Source: Eukaryota sp. GEM-RC1
Lineage: Eukaryota
Reading direction: 5' to 3'
NCBI GenBank assembly: GCA_040285855.1
Contig: JAUFOQ010000001.1
Location: 2,542,001-2,606,000, forward strand
DNA: 64,000 bases
Below the pieces are notes generated by a model that did no database searches, was not told where the DNA came from, and saw only the letters and a program-made list of their open reading frames with translations. The position numbers and the translations under genes were made by a program. Every line of letters begins with the position of its first letter. Positions within the stretch are counted from its first letter, which is position 1. This document shows, piece after piece, positions 11,648 to 23,482 of the stretch.

Positions 11648-13807
11648 GAGACGCCCTATTCTCACTCCCTGATTTCGCTTATTTTCACTTTCTTCCCATA
11701 AGTTCAATGGATCAAAACTTCGATCCCATGAACTACGATCCCGGATCTTTCTTCCTTGCCGTGCCTTCTTCTGAAGAGGAGGATGATGGTGACGAACCTC
11801 GTGCTTTCATAGACCTTAGTGAGCCTATCGAAGATGTCCCTGATGTTTCTTTCCCTATGGAGATCCCTGAACTGCTAAATGGTGTAAACGATGCTGAGGA
11901 CTATTTAGATGCTCTTAAAGAGAAAGCATTCGATCAGGGTTTCGTCATTCGTTTGTTTAGATCTAAATATACCTCTTCATCGTCATACATAAAACTTGTT
12001 TGTATTCATTCAACTGGTAGTTCCGAGATTGGATCAACTCGCGTACATAGTTCATTCAGCAATAACTGTCGATTCTTTCTGGTCTTAAGAAGAAAACGAT
12101 TTCCAAGGGAGTGGTTTGTTGACAGGGAGGCGTCGTGCTTGGAGCACAACCATCAGCCCAGTCAAGACTTGTCTGTATATATCCAGTATAGACGATTCAC
12201 ATTCAACCCCGAGCTCAGGGAACTGGCCGTTTACATGATTCAGTCTTGGATCCCTGCAGATCAAATTGTGGATTGTCTTCGTTTAAAAGACCCTAGTTGC
12301 TGCATTATTGCTCAAGATATTCACAATCTCAAAGGCGCTGTGTCTGAAAGTCTTGGATTGAAACCTTCTGTAGAAGAACTTATAACGAAGATACACGAAC
12401 AATCTTTCGTTGTGAGCCTTCTTTGGGATGCTGACCAGCATGTTACTCACTTTCTCTTTCTCCACAAAAAATCTCTCAAATACTTCGAAAAATTTCACAC
12501 AGTCATCCAAGTTGATTGTACTTATAAGACCGAAGCCAATCAGCTACCTTTATTAGCTATTGTCGGCACTACTCCTACTTTGATGACTTACCACATTGGA
12601 TTCTGCTACATGAAATCGGAAACTAATGTCGATTATTCTTGGGTACTGTCTGAATTACGACGAATTTGTTCTGTAATTCCAGAAGTATTTGTTGTAGACC
12701 AGGATCAAGCTTTGAGAAATGCACTGTCTGAAGTCTACAGTGAAAGTAAACAAGTCCTATGCTTGTGGCATATTTGTCAAAATATTCAGCGCCATTGTCA
12801 GAAAAAATTTAGATCTGTTTCGGAATTTAGCCACTTTATGCACAAATTTCTAAAGCTTGTGAACGTTTGTGATGAAGAACACTTCTCCCAAGTCAACGAG
12901 GAGTTTCAGTCCGAGTTTGCCCATTTCTCCTGAAGTTTTGCGGTACGTGAACAATCAGTGGATGCCCAGAAAAGAATCATTTGTAAAATGTTTTCTAATT
13001 AATCATGATTATTTGGGTCAAACTACAACATCACGAGTTGAATCCGGTCATTATGCTATGAAGCGAGATTTAAAGATAAATCAGCGTCAGTTTGGACAAA
13101 GTGTGGTCATGATTGCCAAGTTTATTGAAAAACAATTGGAGAAGATTTCGCGTTCCATTGAACAGAGCAAGAAAAAGAAACTTAAGAATGTAGCATCGTG
13201 GTTGTTTGAAGGAGTCCATGGGAAGTTGTCGCATGGAATTCTGAAGAAGACGGTAGAAGTGATCAGAATAGTTGAACGAGATCCTGATCAACTTGAAACT
13301 TGCAAAAGAGAATGTCTTGTGAAGACAGGAATACCTTGTTGTAAGATCTTGCAGCAATTGTTGAGAGAACGGCGAACTCTCACAGCAGCAATGTTCCATC
13401 ACCACTGGTACCTAGATGGTCCCATTCAACAGGAAGTTAATGCCGGTCAGCCTAGATTGTCTAGCATTCTCCCTCCGAATGTTGCCCAGTCCAGAGGAAG
13501 ACCAAGAGAAGCTGAATCTGGAAGCAGACAGAACTTTGCTGAACAAGGCAACAGTCAACGACAACGATGTCCTAGAAAATGTGGATTGTGCAGATCTGAA
13601 GACCATGATAGGAGAAATTGTCCACTGAAGGAGCAATTTCAGCAAATGTTAGAACAGCAACCATCCAATGTAGAATAGTTTTATGTTTGGAATAAATATA
13701 CGTTAAAAGAGACACGAAGATGTACATGAAGTTGAAATAACAGTGTATTGAACTTATGGGAAGGGAGTGAAAATAAGCGAAATCAGGGAGTGAGAATAGG
13801 GCGTCTC
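11648..13807 (+). mobile_element. Mutator-like (MULE) DNA transposon, 2160 bp
   Basis: 61-bp TIRs (11648-11708 and 13747-13807, 2 mismatches, beginning GAGACGCCCTATTCTC). Perfect 9-bp TSD TTAAGTAGT at 11639-11647 and 13808-13816. Confidence 0.96.
11707..13678 (+). CDS. MULE/FAR1-type DDE transposase (one +1 frame break near 12930)
   Basis: FAR1-like N-terminus (C..LEHNH), DCTYKT (D1), VVDQDQAL (D2), CLWH, TTSRVESGH (E), C-terminal CGLCRSEDHDRRNC knuckle. Split over ORFs 11707-12933 and 12869-13678. Confidence 0.9.
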
Positions 13808-14019
13808 TTAAGTAGTGGTAATTATTATCCATATGCTAGGTTATTTCGTAGTGATCACGTACTTGAAATAGTTGAATAATAACAATAATCACATTTTGGG
13901 TAAGTTTTCTCATTTAAAGAGCATTTATTCTATTTAAGTTATGAATGATTCTAAACACTTACACTTCTGTTGATTGTCATGATAGTTGATTTTTTGATGA
14001 AAAGCTAGGCTTTACAATA

Positions 14020-14851
14020 CAGTCAACTCCTTCTATCTCGAAACTATTTCGCGTCAAATGCTAGATCTTTTTCTTCAAATCAAATAGAGGGTAAAAACAC
14101 TGTGAAACTCTAATCGAATAACTCGCAAGTTGAACAAACAAACAGCAGATTAGTTTTCGATTTACATGGAGTTTTGTTCGACACCATCTATATTGTTAGT
14201 TTAACTATAGAAACACCAAAAACAACTTATTCAACAATACGATCAACAAAAGCTCAGAAATTGAAATTGCCCCGACTAAACACTTTCTGATTGGACTGTA
14301 TTCGAAAAACGATCAAGACGAATTCAAATTGGAGTTTTAAGGTTTGCTTGGATTCTCCAGGACTGTTATCCATTCTTGTCATGAACTTAAAGACGTAACA
14401 GAAGAATCATTGAGTGGATCAGACTAATCCTAGCATTACAGGGATTGTGTGTAAGTAGATGTTTAGATTCAACAGTTGAGACCAGAAGATGCCTCTATTT
14501 TTAAAACAATAGTTCACCATAAATCTCTCAACAATATAAGAGTTAAATTGTCAGTATGATATAAACTATTTTAACTGTATGAAGATATTGACAGGCTTTG
14601 ATTCGATACTCTAAAACAATACACATGATCTAGCTGTTGCTATTGCGAAAGAGTCAGTTTTTGTGGAATAATAATAACAATAAAATACTGTAGGAGAGCA
14701 TATTTGTAGGTCTTTAGAGGCTACTGTTATACTCTATGGCGTACACTGAAGAAGTAATATGATGGACAATCACATCTCTATAATTTGAACCTCTCAATAA
14801 CTCGAATTAACATCTCGGTTATAAGGTGTTCGAGACATGGAGAGATGACCG
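14020..14851. mobile_element. Possible old Tc1/pogo-like MITE
   Basis: TA-CAGTCAACTCCTTCTATCTCGAA on the left and TTCGAGACATGGAGAGATGACCG on the right form a 16/23 inverted match. Right TA TSD not preserved. Confidence 0.3.
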
Positions 14852-15149
14852 TGGATAAAAAATACTCTTATATGGGGTAACACCAACTGATCACGATTAT
14901 TCTATGTGTACTGTATAAATTGTAATTTATAATTTTGTTATTATATCCTGCTTTAAAACATCTTCAAGCGGGTTATTGAAAACTACAACTCTACTACTTT
15001 TTTTTTGTCTCAACATTTGATATACTCGTATACACAAATACGACATATAGAAATCGACAATATAGACTTGTACAAATTCTGTGTGATTAATTACACCAAA
15101 ATTCGTCTAGTATGGTTCAAAAGCAGAAAAAACAGACACAACTGCGGCA

Positions 15150-15600
15150 CTAGAACCATCAATGGAGAATCCATGTGCTAAAACTTATGTTAATGGCTTG
15201 AATTCAAAAGGTTTTAATCACCTAAAAACAGCTGAAAAACGTAAAATTGATTTGTATTCCAAAGGTGTTGTTAAACTCAATCAAAATTTATATTCAAAAT
15301 TTGTATTTGTTCCATTTGCTATTTCTATTCTTGGTAGTATTGGTGAAATGGCTTCTAAGTTTTTAACTGATTTTGGATCGATGTGTAAGTCTCAGAATAA
15401 GAGATTTAACTTATCAATTTGGCATAACCGTTTGATTTTTTCTTTGTTCCGTTCGGTGCCTATGTTCTTTAAAGCAATTTTCACAAAGTTGTACAAAAAC
15501 TGTGGTACTGTTGACCAGGAATTTTTGGTGTCTAGTGTTTCATAGCTTTTATTATGATATGTATTTTTGTACCCTCCATCAATAAACTGTCTTTTTTTTC
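15150..15600 (+). mobile_element. 3' remnant of RLE-type non-LTR retrotransposon, copy 2
   Basis: ORF 15162-15545 (PCAKTYVNG..AEKRKIDLYS..FVPFAISILGSIG) matches copies 1 and 3 at DNA level. Ends with CCCTCCATCAATAAAC. Confidence 0.7.
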
Positions 15601-16100
15601 AATGGAGATTATTCATTTACCTTCATGACAGTGACAAAGCATTTGATGGTTTATTATACTCGATACTATATAGTATCGGTCCCCCATAATTGCTCACGTT
15701 TGAGGGGGAGACTCACTGTAGTTTGCAAATATCAGGGATTCCATATTGCAGTATTAATATGATGAACAATATCAAATTGTTATTGAACTTGCTACAATCT
15801 ATTGCAACCGCATTTTAATTTCTCAATACCTGTTTTGCAGTACTTAAATGTCATCCACAAAACATGTAGTTAATCAAACGTTAACAACAACACATTGAGC
15901 AAATTCAATGCGGATAAACAGCTTACAAATATCTCATCGTTACTTTAATGATTGAAAAATTAATCCTAGTTTATTCTGTCACAATTTGGATAATGTTCAC
16001 GTTCATATGTAACACAAGACGATAGCTCTAAAATTCTACCCAATGAAACGATTAACACTTGTTACTCGATTCAGTGATTTGAAATCACTTTTCACTCAAA

Positions 16101-17305
16101 ATGACTCTACTTGGGATAGAGCTACAACCAGTTGTGCATACACATGTGACCAGAATCCTAATCAAAGGCACATTCTTCGTCTAGCCTTCTCATTCCAGAC
16201 CTATATTAGTCAATTTGCATGGGGAAATAACAATGCCTTCTGTCGTAGCTTTCAGTAATGGCGTTATAACCCTTGGTAAAGCAGCAGAACAGTTGATGGA
16301 TAAGGAACCAAGAAATGTTACTAGGGAGTTCAAACGGCTTATGGGACAATCCTTTCACACTGTGGAAAAGGAACTATTCCCACGGTTGTCAAGTATCACT
16401 GAAATGGGCAATGATGGTATTGGAATACTACTTGATGGACAAACTTCTTCCCCTGAGGATCTAAGCAGTTTCATATTAGATAGAATCAACAACATTGCTC
16501 GTGAGCTTCAAGTTGTTCCCAATTTCCCTGACACTATCATTTCTGTACCAGCTTACTTCACTGATCGTCAAAAGGATGCAACCATAGTCGCAGGAAAACG
16601 TGCTGAACTGAATGTTATTGGAGTGCTGGAAGATCCGATTGCTGTAGCCATTACGTTCTTTGATTCGTTTCCGCAATTGAATGTCGCTGGTAACATTTTT
16701 TTGGTGTTTGATCTTGGTGGAAGTACTTTTGATATAACACTTGTTGGAGCTGGTGGGGATAGTCACACTGTTATAGACTTTGATGGTGATGTTAATCTTG
16801 GTGGTTCGGATTTTGATGAACTTTTGCTTCAATTCTGTTTAGATAGCGCTACCACTCAATTTGGGGACGAGATACGGAATAACCTTCAATTCGTTTCAAG
16901 TCTCAGAATTCAAGTACAAAAAGCTAAACTATTGTTTTCTACCAATCAAAAGTTCAGAATTAATCTCCAGTTGGAAAACTGTGTCTTCAAAAACTTCTTT
17001 CTCGTGAAGAATTCGAGCATCTGTGTGATGAGAAATTCCACCGTTGTTTGGACTTAGTGGACCAGTTACTGAGTAGAAATAACCTCAGCGAGTCTGACAT
17101 TGTACAAGTTTTACTCGCTGGAGGATCAAGTCGAATTGTTAAAATTAGGGACATGCTTCGACAAAAATTTGGAGTTCAAAAGGTCAACGATCAATTACAA
17201 TCAGTTGAAGTTGTTGCCTTTGGTCTCTCTCTTGCCAAACGTGTTCAACATACACTGTATTGTTCAGATCATGGTCATGAAGTCATTACGAACTGTGACT
17301 ATTAA
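16101..17305 (+). pseudogene. Divergent Hsp70-like ATPase-domain fragment, frameshifted
   Basis: MPSVVAF, FKRLMG, ISVPAYFTDRQKDAT, VFDLGGSTFDIT, LGGSDFD, VLLAGGSSRI. The GIDLGTT motif is broken, there are at least 3 frame breaks and there is no substrate-binding domain. Confidence 0.75.
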
Positions 17306-18779
17306 CTGAAGTAGCCTACCACAGAAATGTAATTGTTTGATTTGCAAAAAAAACAATACGCTGAAAACAAGCAAATGAATAAGTTTGGGATGCTTTTCCT
17401 CCTTTAACAGAAGGGACTTTGTATGGCTCAAACAATTACAGACTTTGTCAAGAAAAGAAGAACCACTGGAAGCAGCAATGTTACTAAGAAATGTACAATG
17501 TAATCTGAATGAAGACTAAAGGATTGAGATCGGATTGATTGTTTGATATCACTGATTTGATGGATCAGCCTCATTTTGTGTATTCATCTCTACTCATCAG
17601 TCTCGAGAAGTCTACAGAAAACAAACGAACACCACTCAAACAGCAAATCAATATTTTGAGCTCAATCTATAGTTCAAATGATCAATCATAATATTGTTTC
17701 CAAAAAAGTTTTCGTTCTGATCTATAATTGACTTTATCAACTCCCCATAAATTGCTGGAACAAAATAGACTTATAGACTGTGACTAATGTAATCGACAAT
17801 CATCAAAGGTATCTACTAACTGTGCTACACAATTGGTGATTAAGATGATCTTATTCTGCACAAGTGTCAACTGTCTCTCTCAACTATACAGTGATATATG
17901 GAAATTATTACACAATCAAGGCCTAGGTTGAAATTGAAGGAATAAAAAAAGGTCCAACATTATGAAGAAAATAATTAAAATACTTCCAAAGAAGACGTGA
18001 AGTTGAAATGACGAATACAAGATGGTTGACATTTGTAGAGAATGTTACTGTTGTTGCTTCATCCATATGTCAATTTACATGTAATTGAAGACCTTTTACC
18101 TGAAATCTGCAATTTTAGGCTTTAACTGCAATATACAGGTAGTCTAGATCAAAGATCGACTATATACTGTATAATATTGCTGCTTGCTAACAGTACTATG
18201 ACGGAAGTGTGGAACACTGAGAACAAGAACGTACAAATTTTGAAAAACGGCCTGCAGTTCTGCACGCAAGCTCAAAAGAATAGTATTTGTGAGCGAGCAC
18301 CCTCACAGACGGGAATCAACTATTGGAAATCAAAACTTTCATAGATTTCTTGAACATAAAATTTTACTCCCAAAAACATGTATAAAGCCAGAAGAAGCAT
18401 TTTCCACTCAATCCTGAACTCTATGAGCAAAGAATCACGAAAACCCAAAAAAAAGTCCTGATCTATTATGTGAATGTCCTAAAACAATCTCAAAGTCAAG
18501 GTTCCAAACATCCACAAAGAAGAGAGACAAAAGGAAATTAAATCAACTTTTTGAACTGTAATATTGCTCCAGTTAAACAAAAAAGCCCAAGTAGGTAGAG
18601 AAAGACGCAAAAGAACAGCGTTATATAGATTAATGAAGATTCAATTAGCAATAGAGGTGGGAGCTTAAGTGATAGAATTAGTGAAGAAAACGACCGATCA
18701 TGTTAATGCAATGGAATTCCAATGAAAGGAAATTTCTGATCAGATATCTTCTTTCGTACTTCCCCCTCAATCTACTTAA

Positions 18780-20838
18780 ATGATACAGAGTGATGGCACC
18801 GAACTTATTAATGATGATCCTTATTTGAAACCTTATACTGAAGACTTCAAACGGAGACACAAGAAGTTTGTAGATATGTTGCGTTTTCTAGACGAATCGG
18901 AGGGAGGTATTGACAAAATGTCTCTTGGTTACAACGTATTCGGTCTACACAAGATCGAAGGAGCCGTGTCTTACTTTGAATGGGCACCCGAAGCTCTCTC
19001 CGTCAGTCTGATAGGTGACTTCAATGAATGGGATCGAAATGCACATCCATGTAAGCGCGATGAATTCGGTCGCTGGTCCTTAGTTATTCCCGATGTCGAT
19101 GGCCAATCTGCAATCCCTCATAAGTCTACTGTACGTGCAGCCATCCGAACTAAAGACGGAGAATGGGTAGATCGGATACCCGCATGGATTAACTACGCTC
19201 TACAAGCCCCTCAACTCTCAATGTACAATGGTGTCTTTTGGAATCCTCCTGAGTCTGAACGTTACGTTATGCGCCATCCCCGTCCAAGCAGAGCTATAGA
19301 AGGAGGTCTCCGCATCTACGAAGCTCATGTTGGAATGGCTACAGAAGAATACCGTGTTGGAACTTACCGTGAGTTTGCTGATCTCGTCCTTCCCCACATT
19401 GCTGAATTCGGCTATAACGCTGTTCAACTCATGGCTGTCATGGAACACGCTTACTACGCTTCCTTTGGATATCACGTGACTTCCTTCTTTGCCCCTGCCT
19501 CTCGCTCTGGAACTCCTGAAGACTTCAAATACCTCGTTGACAAGGCTCACGAACTTGGTCTGGTAATCCTCCTCGATATCATCCACTCTCACGCTGCTCC
19601 CAACGTTCTTGATGGTCTGAACATGTTCGATGGGTCTGACACGTGTTACTTCCACGCCGGAGCTCAAGGACGACATGATCTATGGGGTTCTCGTCTTTTT
19701 GACTACAAACGACATGAAGTTAACAGATTCCTGTTGTCCAATGTAAGATACTGGGTGGAGGAATTCAAGGTTGATGGTTTCAGATTCGATGGCGTCACTT
19801 CCATGCTCTACCACCACCATGGAATTGGCACTGGATTCTCTGGTGATTACTCTGAATACTTTGGTATCCACGTCGACGAGGATGCTATAACCTACCCTCA
19901 AAATGGTGAATTATTTATTGCACACACTTTACCCTGACATTATTACCATTGCTGAGGACGTTTCAGGAATGCCTGGTCTATGCCGTCCTGTGAGTGAAGG
20001 AGGAATGGGTTTTGACTTTAGACTAGCCATGGCAATCCCTGATATGTGGATCTCGTTGTTGAAGGAAACTCCTGATGAACACTGGAATATGGGGAAGATC
20101 GCTCATACTCTGACTAACCGCCGTTATAAGGAACAGACTATCAGCTATGCCGAGAGTCACGATCAAGCTATTGTTGGAGATAAAACACTGGCTTTCTGGC
20201 TAATGGATGCCGATATGTATACTAACATGTCTATTCTATCTCCCGCTACTGACAGAGTTACTAGAGGCATGGCTCTTCACAAGATGATTCGCTTGATCTC
20301 TCAGGCTCTTGGAGGTGAAGGATATCTCTGCTTCATGGGTAATGAGTTTGGTCACCCAGAGTGGATCGACTTCCCTAGGGAGGGAAACAATGGTTCTTAC
20401 CACTACTGTAGAAGGCAATGGTCATTGGTGAAAGATCCTTTACTAAGATACCAGCATTTAGGTAACTTTGACATTGAAATGAACAAGAAGGCAGGTGATT
20501 TAGGATGGATTGGAAGCAATCAGTACATTCTACTGGCTCATGAAGAGGACAAGTTGATTATTTTTGAAAAGACGAGTCTTGAAGGTAAAAAGTCTCTATT
20601 TGTATTTAGTTTTCATCCTACTAAGTCTCTTGAAGGATATCCCATACCAGTACGTACCGCTGGAAGGTACAGACTGGTTCTCCACTCCGATAAGCAGGAG
20701 TTTGGAGGTTTTTCGAGATTAAAGGATGGAACTGTGCATTTTACTGAAGAAGTTGCTGTTTTTAACCAAGAGAGGATGTTTAGAGCGTATGTTCCTTGTC
20801 GTTGTGCACTTGTTTTTGAATTGTTACCAGAGAATTAG
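18780..20838 (+). CDS. GBE1: 1,4-alpha-glucan (glycogen) branching enzyme, GH13; one frameshift near 19895
   Basis: RIYEAHVGM, EHAYYASFGYHVT, DGFRFDGVTSMLY, IAEDVSGMP, YAESHDQA, MGNEFGHPEW. Deleting one C in TACCCTC joins the two ORFs as YLKMVNYLLH. Confidence 0.93.
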
Positions 20839-21552
20839 TTTTTGGAGAATGAATTACAGTTTATTGAATGATTGGTTTTGGAATAAATTTCAAATAGTGT
20901 GAAACTATCAATAAACTTGTTTATTATCATTAAAGATTTCATTTGTCATAAATGTATTCATTGATTTGTCCAATCTCGTTGATTGTATTTCCCAACTTCA
21001 TCATAGATTGATTGGGAATTTCTTCATCCTCCTTCTTTAATCAATATTATAAATACTAGTAATCACTAATTATCAATGAACATCGAATCAAAATATATAT
21101 TTACAAATAATTGATAGGATTCAAATTCAAAACTCATTGGTCATCAAATCAAAGTGTTTTAATAGATGTATCCATTTGCAAGTAGATTATTTGAAGCATT
21201 GGAAATGCTTATGTACTTCGGTAAGTATAGCTATTATGAATTCAAAAACAGTCATTGATCACACGGCAAAATCTTGAAAAAAAAGTTGGGCACCAGAGTC
21301 ATGGAACTTTTTAGCCATTGTTGTTTCAAGGGTTTCGATTTCTTTTACAAGGCGATGAATGAAACAAGTGGCATACCCTCTTGATCGGTAAAATAATGCA
21401 CTTAATGTCTATAGACAACGGTCTCCAGAGCTGGATTAAAATTGAAGGAGAATAACGGAGAAGTGCATCAAAAGTTGATGTGATGACACCAACCCAGACG
21501 TTTTCAAACAAACTGTGACCATCATAATCTTTCTTGATCTTCACATTCTCAA

Positions 21553-22985
21553 ATGCCTTCCTCTATCACGAAGAACTTCTCCAGGGTTATTCGTGACAAT
21601 CCGGATTATTTTGCGCTCCTTGAAACATTGAAGCGCAGATCCCCTCCTTTCTTCTTTCTTGAGTTCTTCCGTGACTTTTCTGCTCCCTTTGCTAGACGAG
21701 GAGATGATGGAGTAGACGATTGGCAACCAAAACACTACGTTTTAAAAGGACCTTTTCTATTCCAATTTGACGACATTTCTCCTAAATCTCCTGCCACTGA
21801 CATCATTCCCCTCAAGGCTGCCAACATTAGCTCTCCCATCAAGCCTAAAGTAGCTCCTCCAGGTAGCGATCTTTGTCTCTACCTCTCTATCAAATCTGAT
21901 TATGGCGGTAAGATCTTTCTACGAGCAGACAAACGTCAGCAGATTCGTGCCTGGGTTGAACTTCTCACAGCTGCTGTTGAAATGGATCACAAAGAATACT
22001 CGGATGGTCAGTTTGTACTCTCTCTCCCACGAATGTTCAACAAAACTGATCTTAAACGATTCAGACTGCTGTCAGAACAACAAACTTCTCAAGAGTATAA
22101 TTGGTCTTTATTCGAGGACAACGATCTTGCCCTGAGAGTTTTAATCAACACTCTAACTGGAACAGTTGAGAAACGAAAGCTTGAAACTCTTGCTGCAAAG
22201 GAACGTGTTAAAGAAGAAAAGAAGAAACACATTGCTGGTAGTATGCGCGGTCTTCTCCTAGCAAAGGAGTGGCGTGATGCCTTCTTAACTTCCCACGGAG
22301 GTTCTTTCACTTCTCCTGATGGTTTATTTAGGAACTACTGGGATGGGCAGGCTTTGTACGTGACTAATACAGAGACTGATAGAACTCAAAAGGTTGGTTG
22401 GGATGGCATGCAGTGTATCATGACTAATCTTAACTGTACCTGGGACGGAGTTGTTTTGAATTGGAAGACCTCTACCGGAGTTCCTTTAGCAACGTTTATT
22501 TCAGAGTTTTCTCTACCTGAACAACTCTCTTTTCGAATGCAGACTCCTTCCCCACCTAACTCTGACGACGAGCACACTCCTGAAGAACTGAGGACGTCAG
22601 AACTAACTGGAACTCTAAGTGAGTTGGAGTGAATTAAGTGGATCTGAGTTTGAAGAGGTGGGGTTAGAGCTTTTGAATGATATTAAAAGTGCTAAGAATC
22701 AGGAGACTCTTTTGAGTAGTATTCCTAAACAACAGCTTTGTGTGAGGTTTACTGAGCAGTTTGTTAAGATTGTACCTGGGTATAGGCCTTTTTTGAGTAG
22801 TTTTTATTGGGATCCCTTTAATAGTGTTATGGAATGTACTGTTGAAGAGGGAACGGAGGATGTTGGAGTAGAGGGGGAAGTTGCCTCCGCCGTTGCTTTT
22901 GGCGGCGTTAACTAATGACGTGGCAGTGGCGAGGTCAAAGCTGTTGCAGAATTCTGGTAAGAAGAAGCAGAAGAATTCATATTAG
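21553..22985 (+). CDS. PH-domain protein; C-terminal part has frame breaks
   Basis: WQPKHYVLKGPFLFQF...IIPL...FLRAD...IRAWVELLTAA fits a PH fold. Coding-like sequence continues in other frames to a stop at 22983-22985. Confidence 0.65.
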
Positions 22986-23482
22986 TCGAGATTTTGTAAA
23001 TTTTGTATTATACTATTTCTAAGTATTTCTGCTTGGTTTTGAGTTTTTCTTGTTTGTTAAATAATGCGTTTTGTGTCAAATTTGTTAACAGAACTTTGTA
23101 CCAACATAGTTCATGGTACTCATAGATTTAAAATATTTAGAACTTAAATACGGAATACATACTGCATGAATTATATTATTACACTAATACCAATATTTCT
23201 TGCAAAAAAGCCGATACAACAAACAGAAAACCACTCTTTCAAAAAGCAATATCCTGAAAGTCTCTTTTGCCTACCGACCGGAAGGCAGAAACCTTCTCCA
23301 CGTAATAGTGGCCTTAAGAAATCAGACTTTTTTCGGCATCTGAGGAATTCCGTTGAAAACAGAAAATACCAGTCTGTTAGTCCTATAACAATTATTGAAG
23401 GAGCTGTTGCAATGCCTTTTCACTGCATCACCAAAAAGTAATTTTATTATATGGTACAAACAATGACAATGTTATCAATTTT

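Larger units (their letters stand above)
10184..13879 (+). pseudogene. BTB - coiled coil - B30.2/SPRY-like protein, copy A, interrupted by a MULE insertion
   Basis: Near-identical to the 36056 and 44190 paralogues up to LPRLSS (11647). The missing C-terminus GNYYPYARLFRSDHVLEIVE* resumes at 13817-13879, after the transposon and its TSD. Confidence 0.9.

Noticed and set aside
12865..12892. 28-nt GT-AG intron that would fix the MULE frameshift
   Set aside because: It lacks the CTCAT/pyrimidine-rich signature of the other introns and would remove residues (DEEHF...F) that look like normal MULE sequence.
19890..19937. Programmed +1 frameshift at CCC-TGA in the branching enzyme
   Set aside because: The +1 frame (MVNYLLHTLYPD) matches the family consensus well upstream of the stop, so the indel is at TACCCTC, most likely a sequencing error.
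4300..20418. Numerous short antisense or alternate-frame ORFs overlapping FERM, VPS4, PFK and GBE1
   Set aside because: Shadow ORFs of well-supported genes with no recognisable motifs.
22619..22638. 20-nt GTGAGT...AG intron in the PH gene
   Set aside because: Splicing leads to a stop within 9 codons and does not reach the downstream open frame.
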